A stretch of DNA of 41,994 nt from Clostridiales bacterium (GTDB taxonomy: Bacteria; Bacillota; Clostridia; Oscillospirales; QAMX01): NCBI GenBank assembly GCA_012514045.1, contig JAAZBA010000172.1, forward strand, positions 1 to 41,994. Direction: 5' to 3'. The notes beneath the pieces are model-generated. The model saw only the letters and a list, made by a program, of their open reading frames with translations, ran no database searches and had not been told where the DNA came from. Position numbers and translations under genes: made by a program. Below are positions 1 to 9,723 of the stretch, piece by piece. Within the stretch, counting starts at the first letter, position 1; each line of letters opens with the position of its first letter.

Positions 1-314
1 ATCAGGGTAAAAAAAGCTATATAACCCACAGAAAAATAGTTGTCTTCGTTTGCTTTTTTATTCCCAAACAGACTTGCCAAAGAGATGATCAGCACGGATA
101 AAAGATTGTAAATAAACACCTGCAAGGTAAGAATCAGAATGCTGTCTGAAGTTTCCCAGCTCTGCAATGGATTTTTGTTTTTCAGCAGCCCCTCAGGAAG
201 CAGGAAATAGCTTAAAATCATAATCCCGAAAAATACCGTGAAAAACAGGACGACCGTCCAGATAATTCTTTTCCTGAGGCTGTTGCTGCTCAGTTTTTTC
301 CGAAAATATCCCAT
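1..314 (-). CDS. hypothetical membrane protein, N-terminal part only (gene continues past the left edge)
   Basis: Reverse-strand ATG at 314-312 with AGGAGG (complement of 321-326) 6 nt upstream. The frame stays open to position 1. Hand translation MGYFRKKLSSNSLRKRIIWTVVLFFTVFFGIMILSYFLLPEG... has hydrophobic TM-like stretches. Not in the ORF track because it is truncated. Confidence 0.5.
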   Translation of the reverse strand, partial: MGYFRKKLSSNSLRKRIIWTVVLFFTVFFGIMILSYFLLPEGLLKNKNPLQSWETSDSILILTLQVFIYNLLSVLIISLASLFGNKKANEDNYFSVGYIAFFTL

Positions 315-403
315 ATTTTTCCTCCTGACATCAGTCACATTTTCTTTTGATGTTTATTGATTTTGAAATTTTTCTTATAGCGGCAAAATCCGTGAAAAGG
401 CTA

Positions 404-444
404 TTGACAATTATAAATTTCCGGATTATACTTACACTGTAAGT
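404..444 (+). promoter_or_regulatory. sigma-A-type promoter (TTGACA 404-409, 17-nt spacer, TATACT 427-432) with an overlapping perfect 7-1-7 palindrome ACTTACA-C-TGTAAGT (430-444), a candidate TetR operator
   Basis: Hexamers and palindrome read directly. Located just upstream of the TetR gene and divergent from the membrane gene at 1-314. Confidence 0.5.
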
Positions 445-455
445 TTGTATCGGAG

Positions 456-1112
456 GTGTTTATATTGTTGTCTCAGGATTCGATTTTACAGGCGGCAAAA
501 CTACTCGTTCAAACCGATGGGCTTGAGGGGCTTTCCATGCGCAAGCTGGCCGCGGGGCTTAACGTGAAAGCCATGTCTCTATATAATCATATCAAAAACA
601 AAGACCATTTGATCGATCTTTTATTGGATGATGTCGTGTCGCAGATCGCCTTGCCGCGGGAAAATGAAAACTGGCAGCGGGAGATGCTCAGGCGCGCCGA
701 GTCAGCCCACCGGGTATTTTTGGAAAGCGCCTGGTCTCTCATGCCTTTGCTGAGCCGAATCAACAGCGGTCCATCCATGCTCCGCTATATTGACCGTTCG
801 CTTGCTTGTCTTCACTGCGCCGGTTTCACGCTTCCTGAGGCAGACCGGATTCTCCACTACTTTGACAGTTATATCTACGGTTTTACCCTGATTGAATTAC
901 GGTTCCCCATTCAAGCAGAAAATTATCAAAGCACAACAGAAGAAATGCTCCCCGCTTTGCCCAAAAAGGATTATCCCGCCATGCATCAACTGAGTCTTAT
1001 CCTTTTACAGGGAGGTTATGACGGAAAACAGGACTTTGTTTCCGGCATTCAGACTATCCTAAAGGGATTGGAAATTGAATTAATCAATGAAAGGAGAATA
1101 GACGATGCCTAA
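456..1112 (+). CDS. TetR/AcrR family transcriptional regulator
   Basis: N-terminal HTH pattern LSMRKLAAGLNVKAMSLYNHIKNKDHLI typical of TetR_N. The track start is GTG 456; TTG at 465 or 468 sits better relative to GGAGG at 452-456. Confidence 0.85.
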   Translation: MFILLSQDSILQAAKLLVQTDGLEGLSMRKLAAGLNVKAMSLYNHIKNKDHLIDLLLDDVVSQIALPRENENWQREMLRRAESAHRVFLESAWSLMPLLSRINSGPSMLRYIDRSLACLHCAGFTLPEADRILHYFDSYIYGFTLIELRFPIQAENYQSTTEEMLPALPKKDYPAMHQLSLILLQGGYDGKQDFVSGIQTILKGLEIELINERRIDDA

Positions 1113-2040
1113 AAATAAGATGAAAGCCGCAGTATACGAAAAGTACGGTCCGCCATCTGTTCTATACTTGACTGAGTTGCCCATGCCACTTATTACCAGG
1201 TCAGAGCTTCTCATTGAAATCGAAGCCACGACCGTCACTTCCGGCGATGTCCGTATGCGTTCTTCCGATTTTCCGCCACTGTATTATCTTCCGGGAAGGC
1301 TGGTTTTAGGTCTTGTAAAACCAAAGAATCAAATTCTCGGCCATGAGTTTGCGGGCACTGTCTTAGCTTGCGGCAATGATGTCAAGCGGTTCAAAGCGGG
1401 AGACAGGGTATACGGAACCACAAGCGGACTAAAAGCCGGCAGCCATGCCGAACTTATCGCCGTGCCGGAAGAAAAGAAGACTTGTTTGCTTGGGAAAATG
1501 CCGGAAAATATTTCTTTTGCCGAAGCAGCCACCGTACCTATAGGAGGAATGGCAGCTTTGGACCTCTTGTTAAAAGGAAACATCGAACAGGCGAAGCGTG
1601 TCATGGTCATCGGCGCCTGCGGAAGCGTAGGCAGTTTTGCCCTGCAGATTGCCCGGATTTTTGGCGCTTCCGTTACCGCTGTGTGCAGCAGCAGTAAAAT
1701 TGAGATTGCCAAAAAACTCGGAGCGAATCAAGTCATCGACTACCGGACAGAATCACTGTCTTCTGCCGGAACAGAGTATGACTTAGTTTTTGACAGCACC
1801 GGGAAGTACAAAAAATCAAAACTTTTGCCCCTGATTTCAAAAAAAGGAAGATTCATCAGCACAAAAAGCCTAACTGCGGAGAAAAATGACTATTTGCGCC
1901 AATTGACTGTATGGCTTGAGCAAGGAAAAATCAAACCCCTGATTGATCGCTGCTTCACTTTGGACAACATACAAGAAGCACATAAGTATGTCGATTCCGG
2001 TCACAAGTCCGGCGGCGTCGTTATTATCATAAATGAATGA
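1105..2040 (+). CDS. zinc-binding/NADPH:quinone oxidoreductase family (MDR superfamily) dehydrogenase
   Basis: MKAAVYEKYGPP start region, GHEFAG motif, Rossmann motif VIGACGSVGSFALQIA. AAAGGAG RBS 8 nt before ATG 1105. Overlaps the TetR stop by 8 nt, so probably the same operon. Confidence 0.8.
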   Translation: MPKNKMKAAVYEKYGPPSVLYLTELPMPLITRSELLIEIEATTVTSGDVRMRSSDFPPLYYLPGRLVLGLVKPKNQILGHEFAGTVLACGNDVKRFKAGDRVYGTTSGLKAGSHAELIAVPEEKKTCLLGKMPENISFAEAATVPIGGMAALDLLLKGNIEQAKRVMVIGACGSVGSFALQIARIFGASVTAVCSSSKIEIAKKLGANQVIDYRTESLSSAGTEYDLVFDSTGKYKKSKLLPLISKKGRFISTKSLTAEKNDYLRQLTVWLEQGKIKPLIDRCFTLDNIQEAHKYVDSGHKSGGVVIIINE

Positions 2041-2053
2041 AAGGGATAGAAGA

Positions 2054-2425
2054 ATGGAAAAAACAAAAATTGTATTGGCAGGGCTCTGGACAGCCTTAAT
2101 GTTTACCTATCTTTTGGGAGATGTTCTGCGGGTGTACAGCGGAGATGTGAAGCCCGGAGAGCTCTTCGGCCAAAAAGCAAGCCAGCTTTCGTATCTGGGG
2201 ATCGCCGCTTTTATGTTTGTCCCCATTTTGATGATAATTCTATGTCTTCTGCTTGATGGAAACGCACTGCGTTGGATTAATCTTATCGTCACGGTGCTGC
2301 TGTTTCTCATAAACATCGTTGGAGTGCCCAGCTATAAATCATGGTATGACGCTTTTCTCATTATCATAAGCCTCGCCGTTAACGCCCTTATCTTCTGGCA
2401 AGCTTTTGTTTGGAAAATACCATAG
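2054..2425 (+). CDS. small integral membrane protein (about 4 TM; DUF6326-like from memory)
   Basis: ORF 2033-2425, with the likely start at internal ATG 2054 (MEKTKIVLAGLWTALMF...). Hydrophobic segments throughout. Overlaps the stop of the upstream reductase. Confidence 0.55.
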   Translation: MEKTKIVLAGLWTALMFTYLLGDVLRVYSGDVKPGELFGQKASQLSYLGIAAFMFVPILMIILCLLLDGNALRWINLIVTVLLFLINIVGVPSYKSWYDAFLIIISLAVNALIFWQAFVWKIP

Positions 2426-2473
2426 AGGAATTTGTCTGTCAATACCGGAAAAATCCGTTAAAACCTCATATCA

Positions 2474-3292
2474 TTATTGACTTTTATCCGATTTTTGCCT
2501 GTTCCATGCAAAATGATAAACAATCAGCAGCAGAACAACTATGGCGTAGGAATAAATCCAATTCTGCGGAGATGTGTGGAAAGAACTGATAGGCGAAAAA
2601 ATGAGAAAGTTTAAGACCAGATTGGCAAAGAAAGCTATTATAAGGCTTTCGCAAACCAAAACATAAGCGCCGATGATGACACTTATACCGAAAGTGATGA
2701 GAATCTCCTCAGTCATGGCGGCAAAACTGTGAATTTCATTGATGCTGGCAAAGTGATAGACAGCATAGATAAAAGATGTCAGCAATACAGAAAGTACCTT
2801 TCCGCGCACGGTATCGCCAAATACTCTGATTAATCCCTGTAAGAACAGGCCGTACCACATAAGTGTATAGGCGATCATCGTAGGCAGAAGCAGGATGAGT
2901 GGAGAGATGAGGTAAACAAAATTCCCGGAGAAAACGTCGTGTAGTGAAAGCTGCTGACCCTGGCTTATAGCCATAATTCCTAAACCGATGAACGCAGCCA
3001 GCAAAATCAGGCTGAGAATGATAAAGCGGGGCGTGAAATTTTTGGGCGACAAGCTCATTGGCAGCTTCCATTTTTTGATAAAGTAATGGCTGGAGGCAAT
3101 GCCCACAATAGCGACAGTAATATAGTAAATAAGCGTGCCCCAGTGATAGGTAACAGACTGAAGGTCGCTGGGCAATTGTGCTCTGAAATTGGCGCTGAGG
3201 TAAAAAAGCGCATTGGCGCAGAGATTCCCTATGAACCAGGCCAACCAGATAAGGGATAGCGTTTGAAGGATTTGTTTCTTTGTAACCTGCAT
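2474..3292 (-). CDS. CPBP (CAAX protease/Abi)-like polytopic membrane protein with apparently degenerate catalytic motifs
   Basis: Track ORF 2474-3502. The real start is most likely ATG 3292 (MQVTKKQILQ...), preceded by an AGGAGG-like RBS (complement of about 3300-3306). The C-terminal half, LFLQGLIR...SFIYAVYHF...ESLIIAFFANLVLN, follows the CPBP motif order. Confidence 0.45.
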   Translation of the reverse strand: MQVTKKQILQTLSLIWLAWFIGNLCANALFYLSANFRAQLPSDLQSVTYHWGTLIYYITVAIVGIASSHYFIKKWKLPMSLSPKNFTPRFIILSLILLAAFIGLGIMAISQGQQLSLHDVFSGNFVYLISPLILLLPTMIAYTLMWYGLFLQGLIRVFGDTVRGKVLSVLLTSFIYAVYHFASINEIHSFAAMTEEILITFGISVIIGAYVLVCESLIIAFFANLVLNFLIFSPISSFHTSPQNWIYSYAIVVLLLIVYHFAWNRQKSDKSQ

Positions 3293-3395
3293 ATTATGAC
3301 CTCCTTTTGCAATCTTTTGTAGTGACGGATTATGAGCACTAGGTTCGGCTCCAGATAGATCTATGTTTTGCGTAATCTTAGCCTTGCGCTGAAAA

Positions 3396-4568
3396 TTATT
3401 TATCCGATACAAATGTGCCTGTTTCCACCTGCTCTTTGAATTTAAGCACAGCTTTTGTGAATTTTCTGGGGCAGTCCGCGTGTATATCGTGCATGGAATC
3501 AAAGCCCGTTATATACCTGCTGTTCGGTATAAGGCTGCATACTCTCCTCGCGTCCTCCCTGTCCATTGCTGAAAGCAGTATGCCGTTTTCGTCACAATAA
3601 TCGGGAGCGGTTTTCTTGCTCGGGTTCACCTGCATAATAAGGGAAGGCGCTTTTATGTTTTTAAGGGTTTCCTCCTGATTAAAGCCCTCAAACCAGGAAA
3701 AATCATAGAAGCTCTCCCCGAAATACAGGTCATAGTTGCCGGTTCCGTCCTGAATATTGCGTGTAAGCTCAAATATTGCGTTCACGCCAAGCTCCGGCGG
3801 GTAAAACCACAGGCGCGGGATCTCCCCGGGGTGGTTTTCCATATATTTAAGCGCAGGGCCTTTTATTGCCTTCTCCCATGTGTCCTCCCCGTGCTTGTTG
3901 ATTATCTCTATCATAGGGTCATAAAGCAGGCTGTAATGCGTGTAATTGTCTATCTCCTTCTGGTTTAAGAAGTTGTGCATACTTTCAAAACCTTTATACG
4001 CGAATGTGTTTTCCGCTCTGCCGGGTTCGGTGGAGAAAAACGGTCCGTCCTCAAGCACAAGTCCTATAACATTTTCAGAATTATTGGCGGCAAGCCATGC
4101 GGCAAGCAGCGCGCCTGAAGAATGGCCTGAAACATACGAAGGCTTTTTTATAACATGTTCCATGAACCACACCAGATCCTGACCTATGATATTCGCCTTG
4201 TATTTTGCGGCATCCTTGCTGGATTTGCCATGCCCATAATAATCCACCGCAAAAATATGAAATTCCTTTGACAAGGCCGGTAAAACCTTGGCATAGTCTT
4301 GCCATGTGGTCTGTTGCCCGTGCAGCAAAAGAAGCGGCTGCCCGTTTGCAGGCCCCTCACCGTAATTCAGTACGGAGCCGTCATCTAAAACCACCTGTTT
4401 TTCCGTAAAACCGAGCTTTTCCCCCGTCTTTTCCATGAAGTTTTCGTTTATATAGTCGTATTTCAAGTTTCTGTAAGCGAAAATTACAACCATAGAAGCC
4501 AGCCCAATTATTACTTTAAGTATTTTCCCCAGTATTTTTAACATATTTTCCCCCTTATACTCTTCCAT
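3396..4568 (-). CDS. alpha/beta hydrolase with N-terminal membrane anchor
   Basis: HGQQTTW oxyanion-region motif and nucleophile elbow GHSSGA. Hydrophobic N-terminus ILKVIIGLASMVVIFA. Alternative start at ATG 4544 (MLKILGK...). Confidence 0.8.
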   Translation of the reverse strand: MEEYKGENMLKILGKILKVIIGLASMVVIFAYRNLKYDYINENFMEKTGEKLGFTEKQVVLDDGSVLNYGEGPANGQPLLLLHGQQTTWQDYAKVLPALSKEFHIFAVDYYGHGKSSKDAAKYKANIIGQDLVWFMEHVIKKPSYVSGHSSGALLAAWLAANNSENVIGLVLEDGPFFSTEPGRAENTFAYKGFESMHNFLNQKEIDNYTHYSLLYDPMIEIINKHGEDTWEKAIKGPALKYMENHPGEIPRLWFYPPELGVNAIFELTRNIQDGTGNYDLYFGESFYDFSWFEGFNQEETLKNIKAPSLIMQVNPSKKTAPDYCDENGILLSAMDREDARRVCSLIPNSRYITGFDSMHDIHADCPRKFTKAVLKFKEQVETGTFVSDK

Positions 4569-4708
4569 GATCTCCTCTAAGCACGGCTGAATATATCAAA
4601 TATATTATAACCCATATTTTTTCGGTTGTACATAATTATTTGCGCGCCGCGGCATAAGGCAGGTAATTTTCCACCGTAAACACCTTGCGTCATAAACATA
4701 TTTGCCGG

Positions 4709-5443
4709 TCACCAGCCCATTTCTTCAAGCCACCGGGACGTTCTTTTCTCACGTTCTCTTGCGTCGTCATCTGTATATTTCCCGAGGTTCAGCTCACCCT
4801 TTATCTCGCCGTCCAGCATATATAAGATTCTCTCGCACACTCCGGCGTTTTTACTGTCATGGGTGACCATCAATATCGATGTCCCTTCCCGGTTGATTGT
4901 TAAGAACGCCTCTATCACATCCGCGGCGGCCGCCTGATTTAAAGCTCCGGTAGGTTCATCCGCGAATATGATTTGAGGTTCCATCATCATGCTTCGGCAG
5001 ATACACGCTCTCTGCAGCTGTCCGCCGGACACTTCATTAACTCTCCTTTCGGCAAGATCACCTATATTAAAGTCATCCATAAGCGTCTGCGCGCGTTTAT
5101 ATAATTCCCTCTTCTGTTTCTTATTCGCGTGAACTGCTGGCAAAACGATATTGTCGATTATATTTAAGTTTGCCAATACGTTCATCTGCTGAAACACGAA
5201 TCCCATTTTTGTCAGCCTTAAACGCGCTTTCTCATCTTCACTCAGCCCAACGATTTCAACGCCATTAAATAGGACCTCTCCCTCATCCGCCTGATCCATT
5301 CCGGACACGTTGTAGAGAAGCGTTGATTTTCCGGAACCCGAAGGTCCCATCACCGCGATCATTTCCCCTTCCCGCATTTCAAAGCTGATTTTTTTAAGAA
5401 TATTCCCCTTGCTCAAATTCCTGACTTCCAATATTTTTCTCAT
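4709..5443 (-). CDS. ABC transporter ATP-binding protein (MacB/FtsE-like)
   Basis: Walker A GPSGSGKST, signature VSGGQLQR, Walker B IIFADEPT, H-loop VTHD. Confidence 0.9.
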   Translation of the reverse strand: MRKILEVRNLSKGNILKKISFEMREGEMIAVMGPSGSGKSTLLYNVSGMDQADEGEVLFNGVEIVGLSEDEKARLRLTKMGFVFQQMNVLANLNIIDNIVLPAVHANKKQKRELYKRAQTLMDDFNIGDLAERRVNEVSGGQLQRACICRSMMMEPQIIFADEPTGALNQAAAADVIEAFLTINREGTSILMVTHDSKNAGVCERILYMLDGEIKGELNLGKYTDDDAREREKRTSRWLEEMGW

Positions 5444-5464
5444 GATTTTTCGTTCCTTTTTGAA

Positions 5465-7747
5465 TCAATAATTGCCCGTACGCGCGCCGAGGCATTCGTA
5501 CGCATGGATCCTGCCGACTTCCTCAAGGCTTGCCCAGATCGCAAGAGCCGCTGCCATAGCTATCACCGCGGGCGCAGCCACAAATACCGCCATGGGATTA
5601 ATAATAAAACAAAATCCGTACGCTCCCATGGAGCCTAACAATATCCCTGCCAGGCTTTGTCCCGGGACGATTCCGGCAAAGACCCCAATCACAATGCCCG
5701 GCAAAATATACTTAAAAGTTTTCTTAAGGTACTCTCCTTTAATGCCTGCCGATGTAAACCCCAGCGCTTTCTTAAGTGAGCTGCCGCTTCGCTCTCTCCA
5801 TATCACCAGGCGCAGGAGCAGCAGCATAACCACAAAAAGTATCAGACACGATGAGATGACCGACATGATGGCCGCTTTTTTAATGTTGCGAATAGTCTGC
5901 CCGTAGGTTCCCATAATATAGTCCGATATCTTAACGGTTTTTATCCCGTCGTCAAGGGCAGAATACTTTTCCCGGTAATTCTCAACCCATGTGTCCGCAA
6001 GATTCTCATCCTTGAGAGAAAGGTAGATGACGCTCCACATAACCGGTGTCTTGTCTTCAAAACCGTCCAAGCAGGCTTTTGCCGTCTTGCCCCCGTTTGT
6101 GACGTCTGAATATATTCCGCAGACTTTACAGGATACGGGGCTTTTATGATTGTCCCCCAAGTCTTTATAGACACGAATCGTATCGCCCACATTGACATTC
6201 ATCTCTTTTGAATTCAGAATCGACAACGCTATTTCATCTGCAGTGTCAGGATATCTGCCTTCAATGTAACGCACCGGAAATCTGCCGTGATCTCCGTTCT
6301 CGATCATCAGATTATATGAGGCTCCGTCAGGCAGCACCGTCTTATAAGAACCGGTATGCATCAGTGTATAATCCCGAACCAAATCATCCCGTTTTATTTC
6401 TTTCGCGGCAGCTTTTGCTGTTTTTTCAACATCATCCGTCTGCCTTATATCAATCCGGATCTGACTTTCCCCGATTCCCATATATGTGACAAATTCAGGA
6501 GCTGCTATCGTGCTTTTTATATTCCACGGTACAAGAATCATAAATAGCGCCGCCGCGGTGATGATCCCGATCGGCAGATAGAGATTTTTCTTTTTTCCGA
6601 AATATCCATGTCCGTACAGTACCTGGATAGCAGACATTTTTTCCATTTTGCCTAGTGTGCGGTACACGGATAACAATATAATTCCCTCAGCCGCGAGAGA
6701 ACCTAAAACCATCAAAAGATATATAAGGCTCTTGTTGCCTGCGTCACCGTACAGCTCCCGCATCTGCGTGCCCAACGGCTCCGCGGCGATCACCGCCGCT
6801 ATGACACCGACAAGACATCCGATCACCGACAGCAGCAAATACTTTGAAAAATACAGGCCGCGAATGTCTTTCTTTGAAACACCGACAGCCTTCAGCATCC
6901 CGATTTCGCGTTTATCCTTTTCAAGCTGCGTAAGTATCATATATCTGATGCAAAGTATTGATATAAAAAGCACTACAGTGCTGACCAGCAGGATAACAAG
7001 AATCATCATTCCGTCAGAAAGCGCGTTCATCATTTTGATAAGCGGATATGTGATTGTAGGACCGTTTCCCGGCAGACCCGCGTCCTCATAAGCTGTAGAA
7101 AACGCGTTGGTATCACTGCCTTTTTTAAGCTTAAACTCTATCAGGTACTCCTCACTCCCGAGAATTTTCATCTTTTCATAGTCCGATTCATTGACCAGAA
7201 ATCTCTTGGAGGAGGCCATCATTGAATTCATCTGCGAATCCCTCAGAAATCCCGCGACACTGAGCTTTTCCGTATTTATACGCATTATATCCCCCGTCTT
7301 AAGTCCGTACTCCGTTCTGTAACAGACCGGTACATACACTTCCCCCGGATCGGGTTGTATCCTTCTGTTCTCCGCGTCAATGAGAAAATCAAACAATGGA
7401 CTTTGACAGCATAGCCCGTTGTCCTGCGTGTTGTCGATAAGAGACTTTCCTCCTATGGTCAGCTGGGAATTCTGCAGATTCAAAAATCTGCATATCTGCA
7501 TTGCTTCCACGTCGCTCCTGTTTTCCGAAAAAGAGGCGATCTGCCCTTCATCGATTTCACCGGTATGCATCTGGAGAAAATCCGGCGTTTGCGCTTTTAT
7601 CATCAAACTGTCGATGGAACTTGAAAGACTTCCAAACAGAAGTATTGAAAGCCCAAGCAGCATCGCGGAAGCCGCCATAAAGATACAGGTCGATACAGTG
7701 ACCAGCTTATTTGCCTTAAAATCATTGATAATCAATCGTTTTTTCAT
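5465..7747 (-). CDS. ABC transporter permease, tandem FtsX/MacB-type (760 aa)
   Basis: Two copies of the pattern: TM, large extracytoplasmic domain, three TMs (for example LKAVGVSKKDIRGLY and LKKALGFTSAGIKGEY loops). Lies directly upstream of the ATPase. Confidence 0.8.
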   Translation of the reverse strand: MKKRLIINDFKANKLVTVSTCIFMAASAMLLGLSILLFGSLSSSIDSLMIKAQTPDFLQMHTGEIDEGQIASFSENRSDVEAMQICRFLNLQNSQLTIGGKSLIDNTQDNGLCCQSPLFDFLIDAENRRIQPDPGEVYVPVCYRTEYGLKTGDIMRINTEKLSVAGFLRDSQMNSMMASSKRFLVNESDYEKMKILGSEEYLIEFKLKKGSDTNAFSTAYEDAGLPGNGPTITYPLIKMMNALSDGMMILVILLVSTVVLFISILCIRYMILTQLEKDKREIGMLKAVGVSKKDIRGLYFSKYLLLSVIGCLVGVIAAVIAAEPLGTQMRELYGDAGNKSLIYLLMVLGSLAAEGIILLSVYRTLGKMEKMSAIQVLYGHGYFGKKKNLYLPIGIITAAALFMILVPWNIKSTIAAPEFVTYMGIGESQIRIDIRQTDDVEKTAKAAAKEIKRDDLVRDYTLMHTGSYKTVLPDGASYNLMIENGDHGRFPVRYIEGRYPDTADEIALSILNSKEMNVNVGDTIRVYKDLGDNHKSPVSCKVCGIYSDVTNGGKTAKACLDGFEDKTPVMWSVIYLSLKDENLADTWVENYREKYSALDDGIKTVKISDYIMGTYGQTIRNIKKAAIMSVISSCLILFVVMLLLLRLVIWRERSGSSLKKALGFTSAGIKGEYLKKTFKYILPGIVIGVFAGIVPGQSLAGILLGSMGAYGFCFIINPMAVFVAAPAVIAMAAALAIWASLEEVGRIHAYECLGARTGNY

Positions 7748-8972
7748 TTTGCTCCAAATCCCTCACATCTTTGAAAAAATTCAGCGCCACGGCAACCATC
7801 GCAAGAAGCACGCCTGAAACCATAATCACATATGCCGCGCCTCTTCCGACGCCTATCTGTCTTGCCGAAGCTATCTTGTCTGCCAACAGTCCCATACATC
7901 CGTATGCCACAATATAACCCGTCTGCGACAGGAGACCTATCAGTCCCCATGCTCTTCCCTGCTTATCGGCACCTATATTTGTCCTGACAAGATAGTCCAG
8001 ACAGTTATTGGCAAAAGGCAGCATGAAGAAAAACAGAAATCCGAAACAGCAAATCATATAAATATTTTCTTTCAGGCCGAAGCCGACCATTGCGAGACCC
8101 GCCAAAATCAGGGAAGCGCTGAGTACTTTTGTAAAATGTTTCTTTAATCCCCGGATCCCTAAAATCACGCTCGACACAAGCATTCCGCACGCGCATATTG
8201 TCTCGGCAGCGCCGAGAACGATGCTATCCGCGAAATCAAGGATCATCGGTTCAGACAAGATCTGAATCGCCCCCATAAAGCATGTCATTACGGAAGAAAC
8301 GACAATAAGAATCACAACACCGCGCTTTTCTGTTACAGCGCTCCACCCTTCTTTAAAGCTCTCCCAAAGCGTCATCTTATTTTCGGCCGTTTTTGACTTA
8401 AAGCCTTCTCTTACGACAGCGGTACAAGCCGCCGTTAAGAAAAATGTGCATATATCTATGAGCAGCAGGAGCTTTATATCGCTTACCGTAAGTAAAATTC
8501 CCGCGATAATCGGTGAAATAAGATACCTGGCACTTCCTGCGACGCTCATCATGCCGCTTGCCTTTGAATATTCCTCCCTGGTAAGCAGATCAGTCACAGT
8601 CGCTCTGTATGACGGTCCAATAAGTGATGAAAATACGGAGCTGACAAATACCCCTATGCAGATCTGATACAGCGCCGCCCCGCCGCTCAGCATGCAGACA
8701 AGAATATATACAAGCCCAAGCGCCGACAGACCGTCGCCTGCAATCATCAGGAGCCGCCTGTCATACCTGTCTGCGAGAACTCCTGCCGGAACGCTTATCA
8801 GCATTGTCGGCAGAAACGCCAGTAAAGTCACTAACGCCATGCTGCCGGCGCTTCCCGTATTTTTAAATACATACACGCCAAGCCCGAAGCTTGTAAGTCC
8901 TCCGCCTATCGCTGAAACAAGTTCTCCGCTCCAGATAAGCAAAAATTTGCCGTAGTTTGTTTTCGGTTTCAC
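7722..8972 (-). CDS. MFS transporter (efflux type)
   Basis: About 12 hydrophobic segments and the MFS loop motif LADRYDRRLLM. The track ORF extends to 9062, but a TetR-type operator lies at 8999-9013 and a GTG at 8972 has GGGAGAG 4 nt upstream, so the shorter start is preferred. The 3' end overlaps the permease start by 26 nt. Confidence 0.75.
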   Translation of the reverse strand: MKPKTNYGKFLLIWSGELVSAIGGGLTSFGLGVYVFKNTGSAGSMALVTLLAFLPTMLISVPAGVLADRYDRRLLMIAGDGLSALGLVYILVCMLSGGAALYQICIGVFVSSVFSSLIGPSYRATVTDLLTREEYSKASGMMSVAGSARYLISPIIAGILLTVSDIKLLLLIDICTFFLTAACTAVVREGFKSKTAENKMTLWESFKEGWSAVTEKRGVVILIVVSSVMTCFMGAIQILSEPMILDFADSIVLGAAETICACGMLVSSVILGIRGLKKHFTKVLSASLILAGLAMVGFGLKENIYMICCFGFLFFFMLPFANNCLDYLVRTNIGADKQGRAWGLIGLLSQTGYIVAYGCMGLLADKIASARQIGVGRGAAYVIMVSGVLLAMVAVALNFFKDVRDLEQNEKTIDYQ

Positions 8973-8998
8973 ATTTCTCTCCCGATATGTTTTATTAA

Positions 8999-9013
8999 CC
9001 GACAGATTGTCGG
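8999..9013. promoter_or_regulatory. palindromic operator CCGACA-GAT-TGTCGG (copy 1), upstream of the MFS/ABC genes
   Basis: Perfect 6-3-6 inverted repeat. The same arms, plus the following TA, occur at 9724-9740 upstream of the adjacent TetR gene. Confidence 0.6.
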
Positions 9014-9069
9014 TAAGAGATTTGAATATATGGGACTTGTCATAAGTTATGATGAGTCCCATTATCTAT

Positions 9070-9696
9070 TTATTTGGAAAAGATCTTCATAATTGCCGCC
9101 GCGAGGCTGCCTTCATCAGCGCCGAGGAGCCTCTCTGTATGGTAGATAAAAGCCTTGCTCTTTTTTTCCCTTTTTTCGGGTGACAAGCCGGCAAGCTCAT
9201 CAAAAGCAGTGTTCGAATAGATAACTATCATCTCCGCCGCGTCCGTTGGGTATTTTGTGTTAAATATACCGACCGTATTCCCTTCCTCAATCAGCTTCGC
9301 AAACAAGGGAACAACTCCGGCTATAACACTCTCCTGCATTTTCTGGTGAAGCAGAGCGTTCTGTGGCTTGTGCATCTGCGCCAACATCTCGACACCAACT
9401 CCGCTGTCAACATTCAGCGCCAGAACCGATCCCGTAAGGCGCTCCATAAGCGGAACGTTCCAATCCGCGACGATCGTCGCCGCCTGCGCGATTTTCTCGC
9501 GCCCCATTCTCTCTACGATCGCGTCAAGGATCTCTTCCTTAGATTTGAAATGGTAATACAGCGTACCGCGCGCGATGCCGATCTCTTTGATAATGTCGTT
9601 TGTGCTGGCATTATCAAAACCCTTTTCTACAAACAGCTGTTCCGCCACATCAAGTATTTCGTTTTTTCTCTCCTCTGCAGGCTTTACAACTCTCAT
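9070..9696 (-). CDS. TetR/AcrR family transcriptional regulator
   Basis: HTH region FDNASTNDIIKEIGIARGTLYYHFKSKEEIL. The track ORF runs to 9801, but ATG 9696 (MRVVKPAEERKNEIL...) follows an AAAGGA RBS and lies downstream of the promoter and operator. Confidence 0.85.
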   Translation of the reverse strand: MRVVKPAEERKNEILDVAEQLFVEKGFDNASTNDIIKEIGIARGTLYYHFKSKEEILDAIVERMGREKIAQAATIVADWNVPLMERLTGSVLALNVDSGVGVEMLAQMHKPQNALLHQKMQESVIAGVVPLFAKLIEEGNTVGIFNTKYPTDAAEMIVIYSNTAFDELAGLSPEKREKKSKAFIYHTERLLGADEGSLAAAIMKIFSK

Positions 9697-9723
9697 TGTT
9701 TTCCGATCCTTTGCTGCTATCTG

